This document shows, one piece after another, positions 1-13,477 of a DNA stretch of 64,000 nucleotides. Each line of letters starts with the position of its first letter. Positions within the stretch are counted from its first letter, which is position 1. Made by a program: the position numbers and the translations under genes. Below the pieces are notes generated by a model that had not been told where the DNA came from, searched no databases, and saw only the letters and a list, made by a program, of their open reading frames with translations. The stretch lies in IMG/VR virus record IMGVR_UViG_3300028591_000108, positions 77,914-141,913 of that record, one strand, 5' to 3'. This stretch comes from a virus. Its lineage: Duplodnaviria > Caudoviricetes.

Positions 1-2
1 AA

Positions 3-3000
3 TTATATAATCGTGGCCTCACAGAAGCCCAAGTGTTGCATAATTATGAAGTTGCTCCTGTAGCAACTCGTGACAAACTTATTCGACTAGAAGAAAATGA
101 TATTTTAAATGATTAGGGCCTAGTAGATTATGAAAGAGCGCGCAGAAAATATACTTGTTTATTATTAACAGGTATGGGAACTGTAAATGGACATGCAGTA
201 CCAACTATGGCTCCATATAAGGGTTATCCTTCTGTTGTTGGGCGTGAAAAAGATAATGAAATAGTCGGTAAGACTGAATCTGGTTTATTATTAACTAAAC
301 CAACAACTGAAAATACTGATGGTTATACAGTTGAGTTTGATTTATAGGATAAACTTATTGATCCTAATAATCTATATGGCTATGCTAGTTCTAATAACGT
401 ACAAGGAACATCTTCTTAGAAATTCCCCGTAAAGAACTTAAAAGTATATTTAGCAAAGGGCGACGATAGTAATATAATGGTATTTGATGAAAATGAAACT
501 ATTTCTGTGAAATAGGTATATAAATATAGCATCAATACCGCCGCGGCAGCAGCATATACAAGTGTACATGGTAGTGAAACATCTTTACCAGACTATATTA
601 AAGATTGCGGAGCTAATATTGCTACTATTGTAAAAAATCTAGAAGAAGTGCCCACACAAGCGGAAGTAGTAGATAAAATTGTAGAATACTTAAATAATGA
701 AGATACCGATGTTGGAGCAGCTTACTCTACCTATAGCACTGGCGATGAGTTAATAATTCATCCAATTAAGGCATATAAAAAGAGTAAAAAGGTTAAATAT
801 GCTTTACGTGATAATGGTATCGGTGAAAGTACTTTATGCTGGAAAGCAGATTACATGTCTACTGATCATGCTAATACTTTTAATGCGAATATCGCTAATA
901 CTCTATATAGTGCAGATGATAGATTATCTGATCGTTGGACAGATTAGACTCAATTTACAGTTTATGGCATTAAATGCTTACTATTTCAGAAAAATGGTGA
1001 TGGGCAACCTGAATTTGTTGGTGATGGCTGCTTAAATAATGATAAAGGCAATCATGCTACATTTGGTTTAGAGACACCTGGCGATACAGATGATAACACT
1101 ATGTGCCAAAAGTGGGATTTCCGTAATAATACTGGTAGCTTATTATACTTTAAGCATGATGGTTTATTTGAAACTATTGACGGCAAACCGGCGATAGCTA
1201 GAGAATTAGAGTGTATTTATCCAGATGAAGGCGATTTAGCTGATATTGGAATCACTCCTAATTACAATCATTTTTAGATTCTATCTTCTTGGTTAGGCAA
1301 TCGCGCGAATTACTGGTATGAAAGTGATTCCAACAAGAAAGCCGCGAAGAAAAAAATCTTTATTGATGAATTTAGAAACCATTTTAACTTTAATCATATT
1401 CTTATCTATTATCTATTTATGGAATATACTGCTTTATGCGATAACCGTGTAAAGAATATTCACATGAGAACTGATAATGCCGGAGAAGAAAGAATTAAGA
1501 TTGCTAATAGTGATGAATATTATTTTGAAGGTAATAGCAATCCAAATTCTGGCCCTTGGACAATTGCTACTAACCTAGAAACTCGTACAATGCAAGAACC
1601 TATTATGGACGAAAATGGTGATTACCAATTTGATGAAAATGGTAATATGCAATTAGGTAATGTATCTCACGTATTCGTTAAAGATAGTATTATTAATAGC
1701 ATTGACTGGGAGCAAGGTGAGGGACATTCTAATTTTGCCATTTGGGCGCCAGTACTCTACGACCTTGACTCTTGTTTTAGCGCGGATAACGTAGGATATC
1801 TAAAGATTCGTTATGATGCTGATTGGGATTATAGTCTATATAATAAATTGAAGTTTGCAGGCTATGACTCTATCTTATGGTTACAAGTAGAAGATTGTTT
1901 CCAAGATGATTTAAAAGCCACGGCTAAGAGACTATATAATCGTGTCGTTGGTCTAAATTATTCTACATTCTATCGTCAATAGATTACTGATAATTTGGCT
2001 TCTTTATGTCCTGCAATTACTAACTAGGATATGATTCTTAAATATGATAAACCTTGGACTGAAGGATTCTTAGATTATAGTAAAAATCCACCAGCACCAA
2101 GTACTGATGAATATAAATATCTACAACGCGGTACTCGTACCGGTCAAAAAGCTATTTTTATGAAACAGCGTTCTTTGTTCTTAGCTAGTAAATATGATGG
2201 AAATGAATTTACTCAAGATAAAATTACTTTCCGCGCAGGTACGCAAGTAAATCACGAAAATTCAATTCTAACTTTAACTGCTAATTAGAAATTATATCCT
2301 GGCGCATAGTTTGGTGATGTCAATGATACCACTAAAGTAACTCGTCGTGCAAATAAAGTATATGATTCTACATCAGGGGAATGGGTAGATATTAATGAAG
2401 AAGATTGGGTACCTGAATTTACACCATGTCAAATACAGCATTCTGGTAACATGAATAATACTGATGGTATTGAAATTTATGGCGCATCTGTATTAAACGA
2501 TATTGGTGATATTTCTCGTTTCCATCCTTGGCAGGTAAAAGTTGGTAATGCAGTTAACTTAAAGAAATTAATCATTGGTTCTGCCACCTCAGGCTATTCC
2601 AATACATCTACAGATAAAATTAATGGACTAGATACTTGTGTATTATTGGAAGAAATTAATGTATGCAACCTAAAGAATTTAAGTTCATTGCAATTGAGTA
2701 ATAATGGTTTTATCAAAAAGGTCTATGCAACTGGTAGTGGTTTAAGAACTCTTGCGCTACCACGCGGCGGCGTGCTTGATACAATTGCATACGGCGAAAA
2801 TACTACTGATATTACAATTATTAATTAGAGTCGCTTAATTAACTTTAGCTATGAAAATTCTAGCACTAATAATTATGGAAATGTAACTCGTCTTTGGATT
2901 GAAAATACTCCTAATGTACCAGTACGTGAAATTATTACTGCAAGATTAACTTCTCGTTCTTCAGAGGATCAAGGTCTAAGGGCCGGTGGTTTACGTATTG

Positions 3001-5543
3001 TAGGTATTGATCTTGACTTAGGAGAAGATCAAAATTTCTTATAGTTAATTACAAGTGATTTAGTATTAGGAACTTATTTAACTGCACAAGGCGGACATGT
3101 CGAAGGTAATAATCAACCACCATATATTAGTGGTAAGATTCATATTAGTTCAATTAGAGCTTCTTTATTAGCAAAAGTAAATGAAATGTATCCAGATTTA
3201 ATAGTATATAATACTATAGATGCAGAAGGAAAACCAAATAATAATGTTGAAACAGAATTTACTATTACATATCTAAATTATGATATGGACGAAGAACATC
3301 CTCTCTATGTTGATTATCGCTTAAGTAGTGAAAATGTAATTGACCCTGCCTATGATACAAATCCAATTACTAATACTTATTATATTGATATTCCAACTAA
3401 GCCTGAAGATGCACAGTATAAATATAAATTTGGTACTCCAGATAGTAATAGTCCACGTGGATTTAAGCGCTTTAGCGGCTGGGTAGTAAAGGGTACTACT
3501 ACTAATCCTACTAGTAGCACTAAACCAAATGGTAATATTACTTATGTTGCTTATTTCCCAACTTTGGAAAAATAGCAATATACTGTTAGATGGCTTAGCG
3601 ACCGCAATGGAACAGAATTGCGTAGTGTATCTGTTCAGTATAATGATGATTTATCTGCAGAGGCTTCTCCTATAGAATTAGGAACACTTACTCGCACAAT
3701 GATTGATGGTAATATTAAAAAAGTTTTCTCTGGATGGAGTCGTCCATTAGGAAAAATTACTTCTAATGTTGATGTATACGCATTGTGGGAGACAAGTACT
3801 ATTAATGATACTACACCATCTATTACTATGGAGACTCTTACTGCTGCAGATGTTTATGCTCTATCTTTAGTAGATAGCGCCCATAAAGCCGAATTGCTTG
3901 ATGATAAATTAGGCACCCCAATTTTCATTAAAATGGGACAAGACTTTAATTATACTGAAGGCGTATAGATGGTTAATTTACTTGGTAATAGCGATGAAAT
4001 TCTGTTAGATGGTACTATTGATACAGTACATGTTTATAATGATATTAAACCGTTAGCTATAAATTCTGACTGGACTATTGCTATTGACTATAAATTACTA
4101 ATGGATAGCGCACAATCCTTTAATGATGGCTTAGAATTTGTATTAGCATCTTGCTATCAAAATGCGAATTCTTCTATTCAAGGATTTAAGATTTCATTAG
4201 TACATAGCGAAACCTCTTCTCAACATGCAATATAGGTTACTTGGGGTACCGCGTCTACCACCATTGATTATGCGCTTACTTCTACTACAGATGATTAGTA
4301 CTTTACATCATATAGAAATGTTGTTGTCCTTAGTCATAATTCTAATCTACCAAATGCATTACGTGTCTCATATGTTCTTCCAAATACAGCAAATAGCCGA
4401 GCTCCAATTAATGCTAATTTTGGCTTATATGTCAATAATGAGCGTTTAACTTGGAATAGTAATGTACCTATTTCAGCACCATTAATTATTGGCGGCAACT
4501 ACGCAGGAACTACTACGACTATCGAAGAGCAAAGCTATTCTCGTCGTCCCGCATAGGGTGTTGTATATTGGGCCAAATTCTGGGATACAGATTTAGGCGA
4601 AGCCAATTGCACTAAATTAGCAAGTTGGATACATGAAACAGTACCATTCTTACTAAGCGGTTATAATAACGGTAGTACAGGTTCAACAGAACAAATTTAT
4701 ACTAGTAGCGCGCTTTCATTCGTTGCTGCACAAGGTATGGGAGATAGATATTTTTACGCTCGCCAGGCAGGAACTCCGGATGACAATAACATGTATGGCT
4801 GGCATATGTCAGTTATGCGCTAGATTTGTAATAACTTAATTTATGCAGGAATGCCAGAAAATTATAAATCAATCATTCGTTCTACACCTGTTAATTTCAA
4901 TAGACGTAGCAGTGAAACAGGACAAACAATTTATGAGCCTGTAAATGATTATCTGTTCTTACCTGCTTATCGTGAGGTAGAGGAGGGCACAGTTAGTGGT
5001 ACTTCTGAAGTAAATAGCCGTTGGTTAAATCCATGGCATTGGATGGCCCCAGCGAATTTAACAGTATTACAAGCATCTACTGGTTCAGAAGATATACTAG
5101 AGTCTAAAGCTGCCTCATCTATCGCATTTTTTCGTTATCGTTTCTCTGGTATGTATATATCTGAAAACAACCGTATCTTTAATACAAAGTCTGACCCTGC
5201 TGCTCAAATTGGATTACGGTATCGTGCAAGTGATGGCACAACTACCGCTGTTACAATTTAGCCCGGAGATGTATGGGTTAATCTATAGACTTCAACTGCT
5301 TTCATTTATATCTCAAATGAAGATATATCACGCGGAGTAACTTATGATCTACTTACTACGGGTGGAGCTTGGAAACGCGCGAAAGTATGGCAATTAAGAA
5401 CATACAATATGACCGTTCCTACTCCAACTATTAATGAAAACTTCTTTATGCATGTAGATTATAATGGAGCGATTAACACTAATCCAACCGTCAGCACTCT
5501 TGATTCAGAAGGACGTCTATTATGTCCAGAATTTACAGTCTAA
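3..5543 (+). CDS. Giant virion/tail-associated protein, 5' partial (about 1846 aa in window), CotH-kinase-like + LRR-like + DUF6273-like regions; TAG=Gln
   Basis: Eight ORF-track fragments (648,1419,2031,2451,3186,3618,3969,4851) share one frame and are separated by TAG; first TAA at 5541. Motifs WKADYMS, DNRVKN, YDLDSC (CotH-like), LxxLxL repeats, LFLPAYREV/WQLRT. Confidence 0.8.
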
Positions 5544-5547
5544 TAAC

Positions 5548-5577
5548 GAGGGAGGGCTTCAGCCCTCCCTCTCTTTG
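5548..5577 (+). terminator. Hairpin/possible intrinsic terminator
   Basis: GAGGGAGGGC-TTCA-GCCCTCCCTC with only a short T tail. Confidence 0.5.
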
Positions 5578-5589
5578 GAGGGAAGATAA

Positions 5590-6342
5590 ATGAAATATTA
5601 TAAGATAATTATTGATAAGACCTTTATTGGTGCTGTTTATTCTGGATAGTTTGTTGTCGAGAATACCAAAAATCATAAGTTATACTTTTGTACCGAAGAA
5701 AAAGGGCAATATGTAAATTATAATGGTATTCTATACAGAGACTACTGGATGCAGCCAATATTTACTAACACTTTTGAATTCACTAATGCCCAAATACTCG
5801 AAATTACAGAAGAAGAGTATAACACATATATGGACGCAATTCATAATAATGAAGAAATTGATGATGAAGAAGAACCAGATGATGATGAGCCAATCGTAAT
5901 TCCGCCAACACAGGAAGAAATAGATGAAGGTCTGGAGTTCGTTAGGGCTTCTAAGATTGCAGAAATGTCCGCGGCTTGCCGCCATGCGATTGAAGGAGGA
6001 ATTGATTTGGATGTACATGGTGAAATGCGTCATTTCTCTCTTACCACGCAAGACTAGCTTAACCTAATGAGTTTAGGTGTTATGGCACAAACTCAAGATA
6101 TAATCCCATATCATGCAGATGGAGAAACTTGCGTTTTCTTTACCGCAGAAGAAATTAATTAGATTGTCTCAGCGGCGACAGCGCATAAGATATACCACAC
6201 GACATATTACAATGCGCTTAAAGAATATATCAATGCGCTTGAGACAATAGAAGCAATTGCCGCAATTACTTATGGAACTTCAATTCCAGACGAATATAAG
6301 TCTGAAGTATTAAGGGTGATTGAAAATGAAACGGCTTCTTAA
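5590..6342 (+). CDS. DUF4376-like tail fibre assembly-type protein (TAG=Gln)
   Basis: RBS GGAGG, reads through TAGs to TAA; HFSLTTQDQLNL...PYHADGE motif. Confidence 0.7.
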
Positions 6343-6742
6343 AAATATTATTTTGTTTTTAATCTTTGGCGCAATTTATTATGCATGTGAATGCATGTGG
6401 AAAGGTGGCCTGTCACATTGGACAATGTTTGTCCTAGGAGGATTAGTTGGCGTACTAATTGGCGGTATTAATGAAAAAATAGAATGGGATATGCCATTCT
6501 TTCAGCAATGCACAATTGGTATGGGCGTTGCTATCTTTAGCGAAGCATTCGCGGGCATTATCCTTAACATTATATTAAAACTTAATGTCTGGCATTATAC
6601 ACGTCTATCTTTCTTCTGGAATCAATGTAGTGTGCCTTTCTGTGTTATATGGTTTATACTTGCTTCTGCGTGTATCGTTTTAGATGATGTACTGCGGTGG
6701 AAATTATTTGGAGAAGAAAAGCCCCACTATAGGTTGAGGTGA
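6326..6742 (+). CDS. Membrane protein (putative ABC-permease-like family common in phage lysis clusters)
   Basis: About four hydrophobic segments; SHWTMF, WHY..NQ motifs. Confidence 0.65.
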   Translation: MKRLLKNIILFLIFGAIYYACECMWKGGLSHWTMFVLGGLVGVLIGGINEKIEWDMPFFQQCTIGMGVAIFSEAFAGIILNIILKLNVWHYTRLSFFWNQCSVPFCVIWFILASACIVLDDVLRWKLFGEEKPHYRLR

Positions 6743-6747
6743 TGTGA

Positions 6748-7092
6748 ATGGCTAATAAAGTAGCCGCAGCGGCTCTACAATATAGTAAAAAACTTAGCAA
6801 ATTTATTTGCTGGATATGGGCTATTTATCGGTTTGCTGCATTAATAGCAATTGCAATTGTACCTTCTGCCGCAGAAGCATTTGCTTCTTCAATTGTTGGT
6901 ATGGATACCATTATGATGGCTAATGTATCTACATATTTAATTAATTCACTTGGCGAAAAATACCTTTATAGTGATAAGTTTTTACTTAAATGGATAGATA
7001 AAGGTGGTTTTAAAACTTTAATTACTAAGGTCGCTAATAAGCTAACCGAGGAAGATGGAGGTGAAGAAGATGGCGACAGTGAAAACGGCTGA
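6748..7092 (+). CDS. Small membrane protein, holin-like
   Basis: Two hydrophobic segments; immediately upstream of the endolysin. Confidence 0.5.
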   Translation: MANKVAAAALQYSKKLSKFICWIWAIYRFAALIAIAIVPSAAEAFASSIVGMDTIMMANVSTYLINSLGEKYLYSDKFLLKWIDKGGFKTLITKVANKLTEEDGGEEDGDSENG

Positions 7093-7795
7093 TTTGATTG
7101 CAAAATTTCAATATGCTTTAAACGATCATTGGGGCTATATACTTAATACAGCAGGAGAAAAATGGACTCAAGCGAAGTAGAATGCCACAAAGATTGAAAA
7201 TGCTAAACTTTATGGACAAAAATGGGTTGGCCATTATGTTGCCGATTGCAGTGGCTTATTCTCTTGGGCTTTTAAGCAACTTGGCGGCTATATGTATCAT
7301 GGCAGTAACACAATGTGGAATAAATACTGTACTGCTAAGGGAGATCTTAGCGGCGGGAAGCGTACTGATGGACAGGAGTTGAAGCCAGGTACCGCAGTAT
7401 TTGTTCTTAAAGATGGCCATGACCGTTCACATGTTGGACTTTACATTGGGGATGGTAAAGTTATTGAGGCCGCAAGCACCCAGTAGGGTGTTATTTAGTC
7501 TAGTATAACTCATAAGAAATGGGCCGAATGGGGCGAACTTAAAGGAGTGGATTACTCTGATGCATCCGTTTCGGCATCCAGCCCTGCACCTGACCCAGCA
7601 CCAATGCCAACTGTTGGTAGTGCAGTAGTTAATGATACAAGAGTAGCGTTGCGCTCTGCGCCATCTACTAGTGCGACAGTATTAACTCGCGTTGATAAGG
7701 GTGAACGTGTTCAAGTTTTAGATGATAAAACTTGGACAAAAGTTAGTTATTAGGGTAAAACTGGCTATATGATGACTAAATTCTTAAATACTTGA
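7070..7795 (+). CDS. Endolysin, NlpC/P60 catalytic domain + SH3b (4 in-frame TAG)
   Basis: DCSG and HVGLYIGDGKVIEA motifs; C-terminal SH3; TAG at 7178, 7484, 7496, 7751. Confidence 0.85.
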
Positions 7796-7820
7796 CATTT
7801 ACAAATTTTTATGATATAAT
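7792..7820 (+). promoter_or_regulatory. Sigma-A-type promoter
   Basis: TTGACA-17-TATAAT with extended -10 TG. Confidence 0.75.
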
Positions 7821-7837
7821 AAAAGAAAAAGGAGGAT

Positions 7838-8176
7838 ATGAGTATGACAGATGTAACTCAGATTCTTATTGGCGTAATTCTCATCCTAGTTGGTGTTTAC
7901 GCAAGTTTTGTTCGTCCATGGATTAGTTCTAAGCTAACTCCAGAGCAGCTAAACCTTTTGCGCCAGTTCTCTTAGGTAGCAGTTACTGCCGCGGAGCAGA
8001 TTCTTACTATCACTACTGGTAAGGATAAGAAAGCTTATGCTATGGATTTAGTAAAACAGCTTCTATCTAAGTATAATCTAACCTTCGATGAAGAGATTAT
8101 TAGTGCTGCAATTGAGGAACGAGTTTATGAAATGAACAAAGAAAAGGAACCTAAGAATGAAAATAGTGAAGGTTGA
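7838..8176 (+). CDS. Holin, LL-H family-like (1 TAG)
   Basis: N-terminal TM; AVTAAEQI..GKDKK..IxAAIE motif; missed by ORF track. Confidence 0.75.
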
Positions 8177-8420
8177 TGGCAATACAGCCCCCGTTAGGCT
8201 CCGTAAAGAGCCTAACGGGCAAATTATTACTTCTATCCCGCAAGGTGCAGTTGCCGATGTACTTGAGACTGAAGGTGATTGGAGTAAAGTATTGATAAAT
8301 GGCATAACGGGATGGATGATGAATAAGTTTTTATATGATCAAGCGCCAAAATCAAATTTATCTGAATTAAAAACTAAGTTAAAGGAAGTTTTGGCGCTAC
8401 TGGATCAATTGGAGGACTAA
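8157..8420 (+). CDS. SH3-domain protein
   Basis: VRLRKEP...WSKV...GWM SH3b pattern. Confidence 0.7.
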   Translation: MKIVKVDGNTAPVRLRKEPNGQIITSIPQGAVADVLETEGDWSKVLINGITGWMMNKFLYDQAPKSNLSELKTKLKEVLALLDQLED

Positions 8421-8421
8421 A

Positions 8422-8829
8422 ATGAGTAATTATTTTCAGGCTCAGAATTAGCAGCCATTAGTAAATGGCGGCGCATCTTTTACTCCATATAATAATCCTT
8501 ATTTTCCTATGCAGCAATAGCGTTTGCCCGTGTATACTGCCGCGCCAATTCATGGTGAAAATGCCGCTTGGCAATTCCCTATGGGAGCAAATAGTGAGAT
8601 TTATTTGCCAGATGCAGATTAGGATATTATATGGTGGATTAGAACAGATGCTAATGGGAACAAGAATGTGCAAGGGTTTGATGTAAAACCACATCAAGCG
8701 CCAGTGCAAGTAGATACTAATGATTTAGCGGCCCGTTTAGCCGCAGTGGAGGAATGGATAAATGCCAAGTCTAATAAGTCAAATGCGAAACGGTCAACCG
8801 GGACAGCCGGGACGGACGCAATCGCTTGA
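8422..8829 (+). CDS. Gln-rich hypothetical protein (TAG=Gln)
   Basis: RBS GGAGG; MSNYFQAQNQQP... reads to TGA. Confidence 0.7.
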
Positions 8830-9049
8830 TAATTCTATACAGCAAGTTAAAGGAATGATGCAACAGCTTAAAATGGCATCTAACCGGCAATAGGCATTAA
8901 TGGGGATGATACAACAGAATCCATAGTTTGCTCAGATTGCTCAAATGATGAAGGCTAATCCGAATGGATTGGAGGGAATTGCTAGACAAATGGCACAAGA
9001 AAATGGAATAGATTTGAATGATCTGATAAAGCAATTGGGAGGAGTTTGA
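8762..9049 (+). CDS. Met/Gln-rich small protein (TAG=Gln)
   Basis: QQNPQFAQ..ARQMAQENGIDL pattern typical of Clostridia phage accessory clusters. Confidence 0.65.
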
Positions 9050-9050
9050 T

Positions 9051-9335
9051 ATGAATAAGATTAAATTCAATAACCTAGAAGTTTAGGTAGAAGAATATAA
9101 TAAGAATACTTTTTTTAATGGAGAGTCAATGCAAAGTACGGCAACTTGTCAAGTTGTATGTAATGATATAAATGCATTATATGATTTAATGCATGATACT
9201 ATTACCTCTATTCAAATTCGTCATAATGATGAATTAATTTATGATTCACAAAATATTCAAGCAAAAATTGACAATATTAATGAATATTTGTCTATGGATC
9301 GCATGAATATTAATATAAGTTTTACATTCATATAA
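9051..9335 (+). CDS. Hypothetical protein (1 TAG)
   Basis: RBS GGAGG; extends ORF 9129 upstream. Confidence 0.65.
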
Positions 9336-9357
9336 AATTTTATTATGAACGATACAT

Positions 9358-9387
9358 AAGAGGGTGTTTAGACACCCTCTTTTTTTA
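9358..9387 (+). terminator. Intrinsic terminator
   Basis: AAGAGGGTGT-TTAG-ACACCCTCTT followed by a T run. Confidence 0.75.
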
Positions 9388-9461
9388 CTATCTAATATTT
9401 GACAGTTCATCATGCTATGTGATATAATATATATAGAAATAATATTGGAGGTGAGCAACGG

Positions 9462-12026
9462 ATGGCAAGTGGCTCACAATTGATGACAACTTATTATGCC
9501 AAAAGAATTATGGGCGATAATGCGGCGAGTACTGCGGATCAAGCATTATTATAGACAGGTTATGGTATTACAACTGATACATGGATATTAAATAGAACAA
9601 ATAGACCTAATTATGGGATTTTATATCATTATGACAATAATGGCGCGGATAAAATTAAATTTATTGGCGGCCTTAATAATACTAATGATATTGAGACTGC
9701 TTGGATTTAGTTAGACGCTGGAGATACCTATATTTTAGGAAGAGTAGGAATTGGCTAGGATCCAACAGTAAATAATAATCCATATAAATTATATATAAAT
9801 GGAACAACATATGCTAATGCTCCAGTATATATTAATAATTCAACAGCAGTTGCTATGGAAGACGATAATGGAGCCTTAGTAATAGGCGATAAAGCCGGAT
9901 TAAATATCGGAATAGATAATTGCAAAGTTCATGCTAGAAATAATTCAGCTGCGGCTAATCTATTATTGAACTCTGAAGGCGGAAATATTCTACTAGGCGT
10001 CGACGATGATGACTATTATGTCAATATTCGTTCTGAGCAAGATGCAAGTAGTACGAGTACAGGAGCTTTACGTGTTGGTGGCGGTGCAGGTATTACCAAA
10101 AAATTATATGTAGGTGATGATATACATAGTGATGGCCATCTATATTTTGCGGCAGCTAAAAATATTTATATGAACTATAATGGTATAGATTATCCTATAT
10201 TAGAAAATAGCGATGATTCAAATATAATTTTAAATGCGGCAACTGGTATATTAGATATTGGGCATAAGAATACCATAGGCATTAATATGTATTACTCTAC
10301 AGATGATTCCACTCGCACATAGTTTTTTACTATTAATAGTAATGGAGCATATGCAAATACTCGATTTGGAGTTAATGGGCAAGATACAAATTATACTTTA
10401 TATGTAAATGGGACAAGTCTTTTTAATGGTGCGCTTGATTTAAAAAGCGACATTAATTTATATACTAGTAGCGCCGATAGTCCTGATATCGTGTGGTGGT
10501 ATGCAGATAAAGAACAAGAATAGGCTAGAATATGGATGGGTAGTGGCGGTACTAGCATTTTCGCGCCGAACTATAGATGTTATAAGTCTGATGGAACATC
10601 ATTATATTCAGGAAACTTGGTTATAGGCGATGGTACTGGCGTAACTAATGCTGCGAGTTTTAGAAGTAAACTTAGTACATGGGCATTAATATCTGATTCA
10701 TATAATACTATTATGCCAGCCGATGGTACAACAAATGGATGGTATAAATTTGGCACTACTGATGGGTATGGCATTTTACCTGCGGTATCTGGCGGCGCGG
10801 AAAATGGCCATTCATATATTGGTACTTCTAGTTGGTATTGGAAGTATTTATATGTAGATAGAGCATATACGGGGAAGATTACTATTCAATAGCCTGCAGC
10901 ACATCGTGATAATGGTATTGTTGGTGAATATAATTATTAGAAAGCCGGGGCAATATGGTCTATGGGCGCTTCTTATTAGATAAAAGCAGACGGCTCAGGA
11001 CTAGGTAGTTTATACGGTGCTGCATATGGATATGCAGGATAGGCTTATATAGGTAGCAATACATATGCAGGAGGCCATCAATTCCTTTGGTGTGAAAATG
11101 GTACAGTAAAAGTCGCTTTAGGATAGAATATTTGGACTGCTGGTAAAGTGACTGCGACTGGTGGATACGCAGATAGAACAAATGGGACAGCAACTTATTT
11201 AAATTATGGTGCAGCTGGATTGGCAGCTTCAGCAATATCATGGCTTACATGTTGGAATGGGTATGAATTGCGAGCAATTAGTAAAGCAGAAACCATGGCC
11301 GCAGTGCGTGGTGCAGCTAGCGGGTCATGGGCAATATCAGTAACCGGAAGTAGTGCAAGTTGCACTGGTAATGCAAATACTGCAAACTATCAAAATTGCG
11401 TAGCCGGCAATGAAATCCGCTATGCACGCAATGGCAATATGACATCTGCAAATGATTTATGGCAAGGCTGGGCTTTCGCAGAAGGTAAAGTCGCAGTTAT
11501 AAATGGATGGCGCTTTGGTAATGGTAATGGTGGTTTGGCGCCAATTTATGGCTCCAAAGTTTACAATGCAGTCTGGAATGACTTCGCAGAATACCGTGTT
11601 TCTGATATAACCGAAGGCGGCCGAGTCCTTATATCAGATGGCAAAGGCCATCTAGTCCTTAGTACGGAGCGTTTATAGCCAAGTGCTCGTGTCATATCGG
11701 ATACATTTGGTTGTAGTGTTGGTATGTCTGATAATGCGAAAACGCCTATCGGAGTTGCTGGCCGCGTACTTGTGTATCCATACTAGCCACGCGAAAACTA
11801 TAAGGTTGGAGATGCACTATGCGCAGCGCCAGATGGTACTGCAGATATTATGACACGTGAGGAAATTATATAGTATCCGGATAGAATTATTGGTATTGTA
11901 GATGAAGTTCCTGATTATGAAATTTGGGATTAGATACATACTAATAAAAAAGATGATGGAGAAGTTGGAGAATAGAATCATACAAATATTGAAGTCAACG
12001 GTCGTATCTGGATTTATGTTCGCTAA
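9462..12026 (+). CDS. Tail fibre protein with C-terminal autoproteolytic chaperone-like domain (about 854 aa, many TAG)
   Basis: Fragments 9855/10536/11148 share a frame; Gly/Asn/Thr-rich; VYNAVWNDFAEY...PIGVAGRVLVY. Confidence 0.75.
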
Positions 12027-12121
12027 CACATGACTTTTTCTCAAATATTTAATATAATATATTTATAAAGAATTCAACATGTGACGAGATACATGAGTTT
12101 TGAATTCTTTTATGATAAAGG

Positions 12122-12158
12122 ATTGCCCTGAACTGAAAGTTCAGGGCAACTTTTTTTT
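12122..12158 (+). terminator. Intrinsic terminator
   Basis: TTGCCCTGAACT-GAA-AGTTCAGGGCAA followed by T8. Confidence 0.75.
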
Positions 12159-12285
12159 ATTCTCTGGTAATAATTACCAAAATTAAGTTGTTTTTTTACC
12201 ACCTATCATATGATTGGAGTAATCCAATCTTTTCTCTCATTATCATCCATTTGATAAAATTTATGAGCTAAAAGGAGGAATTAAT

Positions 12286-12927
12286 ATGGGAGAAAACGGA
12301 TTAAGTGCATCTGATGTTGCTCTAATGTCTCGCGACGGCGACGGTTTCGGCGGCAATGGATGGGGCGGAATGATTTGGCTTTTCGCTATTCTAGCCATGA
12401 TGGGTGGCGGCTTCAATTGGGGCGGCGGTGGCTATCGTCCACAGTATGCAACCCAAGACTTTGTACAGAACGGTTTTAACTTCAACGACTTATAGGATTA
12501 GAATCGTGACATTATGCAGGCTATCAATTATGGTGCTTCTCAGTCCATAGCAACTACTAATCAGGTCTATCATGACCTAATGAATGGTCTATCTGATAAG
12601 TACAATGAGCTACAGCGCGATATCGCTGGCCTAGCTATTGGTCAGGCTAATCAGCTCGCTCGTTTCAACGAATGTTGTTGTGAAACAAAGCAAGCCATCG
12701 CTCAGGTCAATTATGATGCCGCAATGCGCGATGCTGCAACCAATGCCAACTTTACTGCTCAGATTCAGGGTCTAAAAGACATGATTAAGGATGACAAGAT
12801 GGAAGCGATGCAGAATCGTATCAACCAACTAGAACTCCAGAATCAACTACAGGGCGTTGTAAGATATCCAAATGGTTGGACTTATAATGCCGGAAATTCT
12901 CCATTCTGTGGAGGATGCAACATGTAA
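12286..12927 (+). CDS. Gly-rich/coiled-coil conserved phage protein (spore-coat-associated-like family)
   Basis: Two fragments joined by TAGs at 12493 and 12499; GGNGWGG, TM, ECCCET, QNRINQLELQ motifs. Confidence 0.75.
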
Positions 12928-13015
12928 TTAAGAGTGTATTCAGTACACCATAATATGTAAACTAATGGGCGTACTTATGTACGCCCTTATTTTTTATTAT
13001 ACGGAGGTAATTGAA

Positions 13016-13429
13016 ATGTTACAAACCTATTCAAGCAACCTAGCAGTCGAAGCCAATGCCCCATTTGTATTCAACAATGTAGTTGTAGATAAGGGTTGCG
13101 GCGAAAGCCTGAGCGCTCCAAGCACTATCCAGCTAAATAAACGTGGCGTTTATTTAGTAGAAATGGATGGCTTTGCTACTCCAGATGCCGCGACAGAAGT
13201 TTCCGTTCAGCTCTACGTCAATAATGTAGCACAGCCACAAGCAATCTCTACTTTCGTTCCTGCCGCAGTAACCGATACTCGCACCTTCGGCTTCAAGACT
13301 TTTGTTCGTGTACTTGAAAACAACTGCAACTGCAATTGTCTCACAAGCCCAACCACTCTTCAGTTTATAAATGGTACGACAGCGCTAACTGATGCGCATA
13401 TTAATGTAGTAGTAACACAGATTCGTTAA
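13016..13429 (+). CDS. BclA C-terminal/C1q-like beta protein
   Basis: RBS GGAGG; IQLNKRGVYLV..VQLYVN pattern. Confidence 0.5.
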   Translation: MLQTYSSNLAVEANAPFVFNNVVVDKGCGESLSAPSTIQLNKRGVYLVEMDGFATPDAATEVSVQLYVNNVAQPQAISTFVPAAVTDTRTFGFKTFVRVLENNCNCNCLTSPTTLQFINGTTALTDAHINVVVTQIR

Positions 13430-13477
13430 TATATAGGGCGGGTAATACCGCCCTTTTCTTTTTAAGGAGGATATATC

